This document shows, one piece after another, positions 61,341 through 64,000 of a stretch of 64,000 nucleotides of DNA. The stretch's first letter is position 1. Each line of letters starts with the position of its first letter. A program made the translations under genes and the position numbers. The stretch is taken from positions 62,001 through 126,000 of the forward strand of contig JALDZS010000020.1 in NCBI GenBank assembly GCA_022813965.1, given 5' to 3'. The stretch is from Toensbergia leucococca. Lineage: Eukaryota. The notes under the pieces are model-generated. The model searched no databases, was not told the origin of the DNA, and was given only the letters and a program-made list of their open reading frames with translations.

Positions 61341-62651
61341 AAATCGCTCGCTCGCTACACACACCTCTCTTAGATTTTTGTAGGGACATAGCCGGTGGCC
61401 TTTCATGCATTTCTTCTCCGCGGCGTTTCGTTCTTCACTCGCCTGTCATTGGCGTTGCATGTTCCACTTTCCTTTTCATCCAGCTCGCTCTTTCTCCTGT
61501 CTTGCTACTATCTTTTTTACCTCTATCTAGCTGAACAAACCTGTTTTTGCGCTTCTGATGTTGGTATTTTCTGCGGAAAGCCTGGGCGCTTGAGCAGAGT
61601 TTTATTTTGTTTTATTTTTTTTTTGAGCAGCTGTTCATTGTGTAGTTGTGGGGATGTGTGATTTTTGCTGTGTGTGTGTTTGCTTTTGGGGAGATTGCTG
61701 AGTTTAAGCCTTTATTGTTTTGTTCTGGAGGGAGAGGTCCTTTGTATGCTACCGGTACGGGCTTTTGCTGAAATTAGAGATAGGTATATCAATTCCAATC
61801 ATTGTTGCTAGCTTTTTTTGGGGGGGGGCTCGTTTGCGCTGTGCAATTTGGGGGTTGTGAGAGGAAGGCCGGTTTGAGACTCTTCTTCTTCTTCTTCTGC
61901 TTTATTTCGTTGTTGCCGGCTTTCTCCCTCATCACTGCCCCGTTCTCACCTTTGAATCACTAATCCTATGCAGGTCTCGTACAATGAAAACACCATTCAC
62001 CCTTTTTTGCAAATCGTACTCTTTCTGGACTTTTGCTGTAGGTGCGTTTGAGAGATGATTTGCCCTCAAACAACGCAACCTTCCCCTCTTTTCCCACACC
62101 CCCGATCTACACACTATCAACCAGTCACCTGCGACACACACTTCTTCAATACTTACATCCCTTGCCTGTCATTACCAGGAAGTGATGTCGGTATTCCAAA
62201 TCCCCCAAACCCCTGTCAAACCTGTTGGTATTACTTGACATAGGGACCGCTTTCTGTACTAAACACACTTTTTTATGTTGCGGTGGGTCGGATTCTGGGT
62301 TTGGGTTTGGGGCTTTTGTGGGGGGGATTGGAGAATCGATGGGTGGGAAGGTTGATGGGTTGGAAATTGGGTGATGTGAAATCAATATGGGAGCGTTATT
62401 GGGAGTTATTGTAGGGAGCGGGACTGTGAGCTATATGATGGGATGAGGATGGTGGCCGAGGGAGCAGAGGGTGGAGGCTGGGGATTGGGATCACTGGAGC
62501 TTTTGGGCATGTTTTTTTCTATAGAGACCCCTAAGCGTCTAAATGCGTAAAATCGTCATCAAGATAGCGGAAACGGGCAATCGTGCATTAAAACCCATAT
62601 TCTCGCTTCACCTTCCTCCACCGACCCCTCCAAACAAAATCATGCACCTGC

Positions 62652-63714
62652 TCAACCATTAATCACCACGCCCCCATTCGGGTGCAAGCTCTGCCCAGAT
62701 ATCAAGCTGCTATCCTGACTCGCCAAAAACACAAAACAAGCCGCAATCTCGGACGGTTGGCCCGGACGGCCCATGGGCGAGGTGAAGGAATCCTGGGCCT
62801 CGTGATCCATGGTGCTCGGGACAAGGGGTGTCCAAACGGGGCCGGGGCAAACAGCGTTGACGCGGATGCCGTGGCTGAGTTGCTGGTTGGAGAGGCCGCG
62901 GGTGAAGGAGATGATGGCGCCTTTTGAGGAGGTGTAATCGAGGAGGTCAGGGCGGCCGATGTAGGCGTTTATGGAGGCGTTGTTGATGATTGTGTCGCCA
63001 GCATGCATGTGGGGGAGGGTGTATTTGGCCATGTAGAAGTAGGGGTGGATGTTTGTGTCGAAGGTTTTGAGCCATTGGTCTCTGTTTTTGCGAGGTAGGT
63101 TAGTGGAGTGTTGTGGGGGGGTTTTTTCGGGGGGGGGAGGAAAGAATGCTAAGGGAATACACGCACTCGGAGAGGTCGGCGATGCTTTTTTGCACCATTT
63201 GGTAGGCGGCGTTGTTGACGAGGATATTGATGCCGCCCATTTCGGAAAGGGCCCGCTCGACGACTTTTTTGCAGTTTTCTTGGGTGGTAATGTCGGCGGG
63301 GTAGAGATAGCATTTTCCACCGTACTCCTCAACCTTCTTCTTGGTGGCTAGGGCGTCTTTCTCTTCCTCGGGCAGGTAGTTGATCAGACAATCCGCTCCC
63401 TCCATGGCGAACAGCACGGCGACGGCACGACCGATACCAGAGTCTCCTCCGGTGATGATGGCCTTTTTGCCCTCGAGTTTACCGGCTGCTTTGTATTTTT
63501 GATAGCCGCCATCTTCGGTGGGGATTTCGGTGGTTGCGGGGCTTTGACCTTGCATTTTAGATTGGAGACCTGGTTGCTCTTGGTCGTGGATGGGGACTTT
63601 GTGGCCTAGGGATTTGTTAGGAGTGAGATCAGGATGAAGGAAAAGATGCTCACCTGATGAAAATTGAGAGTCTGAGCTCGTAGCTGTTTTGACGGCGTTC
63701 TTTGCTGCCTCCAT
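62652..63714 (-). CDS. Short-chain dehydrogenase/reductase, YghA/general stress protein 39-like
   Basis: PGLQSKM, YKAAGKLEGKKAIITGGDSGIG, LVNNAA, YTSSK, PGPVWTPL and RPGQPSE; introns 63653-63606 and 63166-63082. Confidence 0.93.
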
Positions 63715-64000
63715 CTTGAGTAATTTTTTGAGTTAAACGGGAAAATGGATGTGCTATGTAAGAGGAATTTGGATATCTTTTTCTAGATGGGATCAGGATC
63801 AACGAAGATATTTGTTGAAAGTGTAAATAAGAGAGAACGACATTTGCAGTAAATTTCCTCCAAGAAGCTCATAGTGCGGTGATGATCTCATAGCTGTCGG
63901 TCGAAATGGCATGACGTCGCAGCAAATGCGCGAAGTACCTTACTTTACCATCATTGCTCGTATTTGCTAATTGCTGTCTAATTCATGTCCGAGCTCGAGA

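Noticed and set aside
62296..62312. GGGTTTGGGTTTGGGG telomere-like run
   Set aside because: Only 2-3 units, not TTAGGG, and embedded in G-rich low-complexity sequence.
44272..63714. Secondary-metabolite cluster (SDRs, hydrolase, acyltransferase, Zn2Cys6 TF)
   Set aside because: There is no PKS, NRPS, terpene cyclase or transporter. MCT1 is the mitochondrial FAS enzyme, and housekeeping genes intervene.

Overview
Gene-dense eukaryotic DNA from a filamentous ascomycete (Pezizomycotina), judged from the short introns with CTRAC/CTAAT branch sites and the protein content. I can support 27 protein-coding genes and one pseudogene. Most are conserved housekeeping genes: SHB17-like phosphatase, NEM1, eIF2B-beta/GCD7, CEX1/SCYL1, LST8, ARD1, CCZ1, PAB2, RSP5, AHC1, VTC1, TDA2-like Tctex-1, AFG1-like ATPase, TRAPPC2L, complex I PSST and MCT1. 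There are also two SDRs, secreted or membrane proteins (PLC-like, SUR7/PalI, RlpA/Asp f7-like) and three repeat-rich or low-complexity proteins of unknown function. I saw no rRNA, tRNA, CRISPR array, transposase or biosynthetic backbone gene. The most notable signals are: (1) a Zn2Cys6 transcription factor fused to a maltose/galactoside O-acetyltransferase-like beta-helix domain whose catalytic His appears replaced by Tyr, preceded by about 1.15 kb of sense strand with no ATG; (2) a near-perfect 45-bp hairpin in a divergent intergenic region; (3) two MITE-like inverted-repeat elements of about 270 bp; (4) three inferred GC-AG introns among about 52 introns; (5) a disabled HSL-family esterase gene. 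All gene models were assembled by eye and family calls come from remembered motifs; no searches were run.
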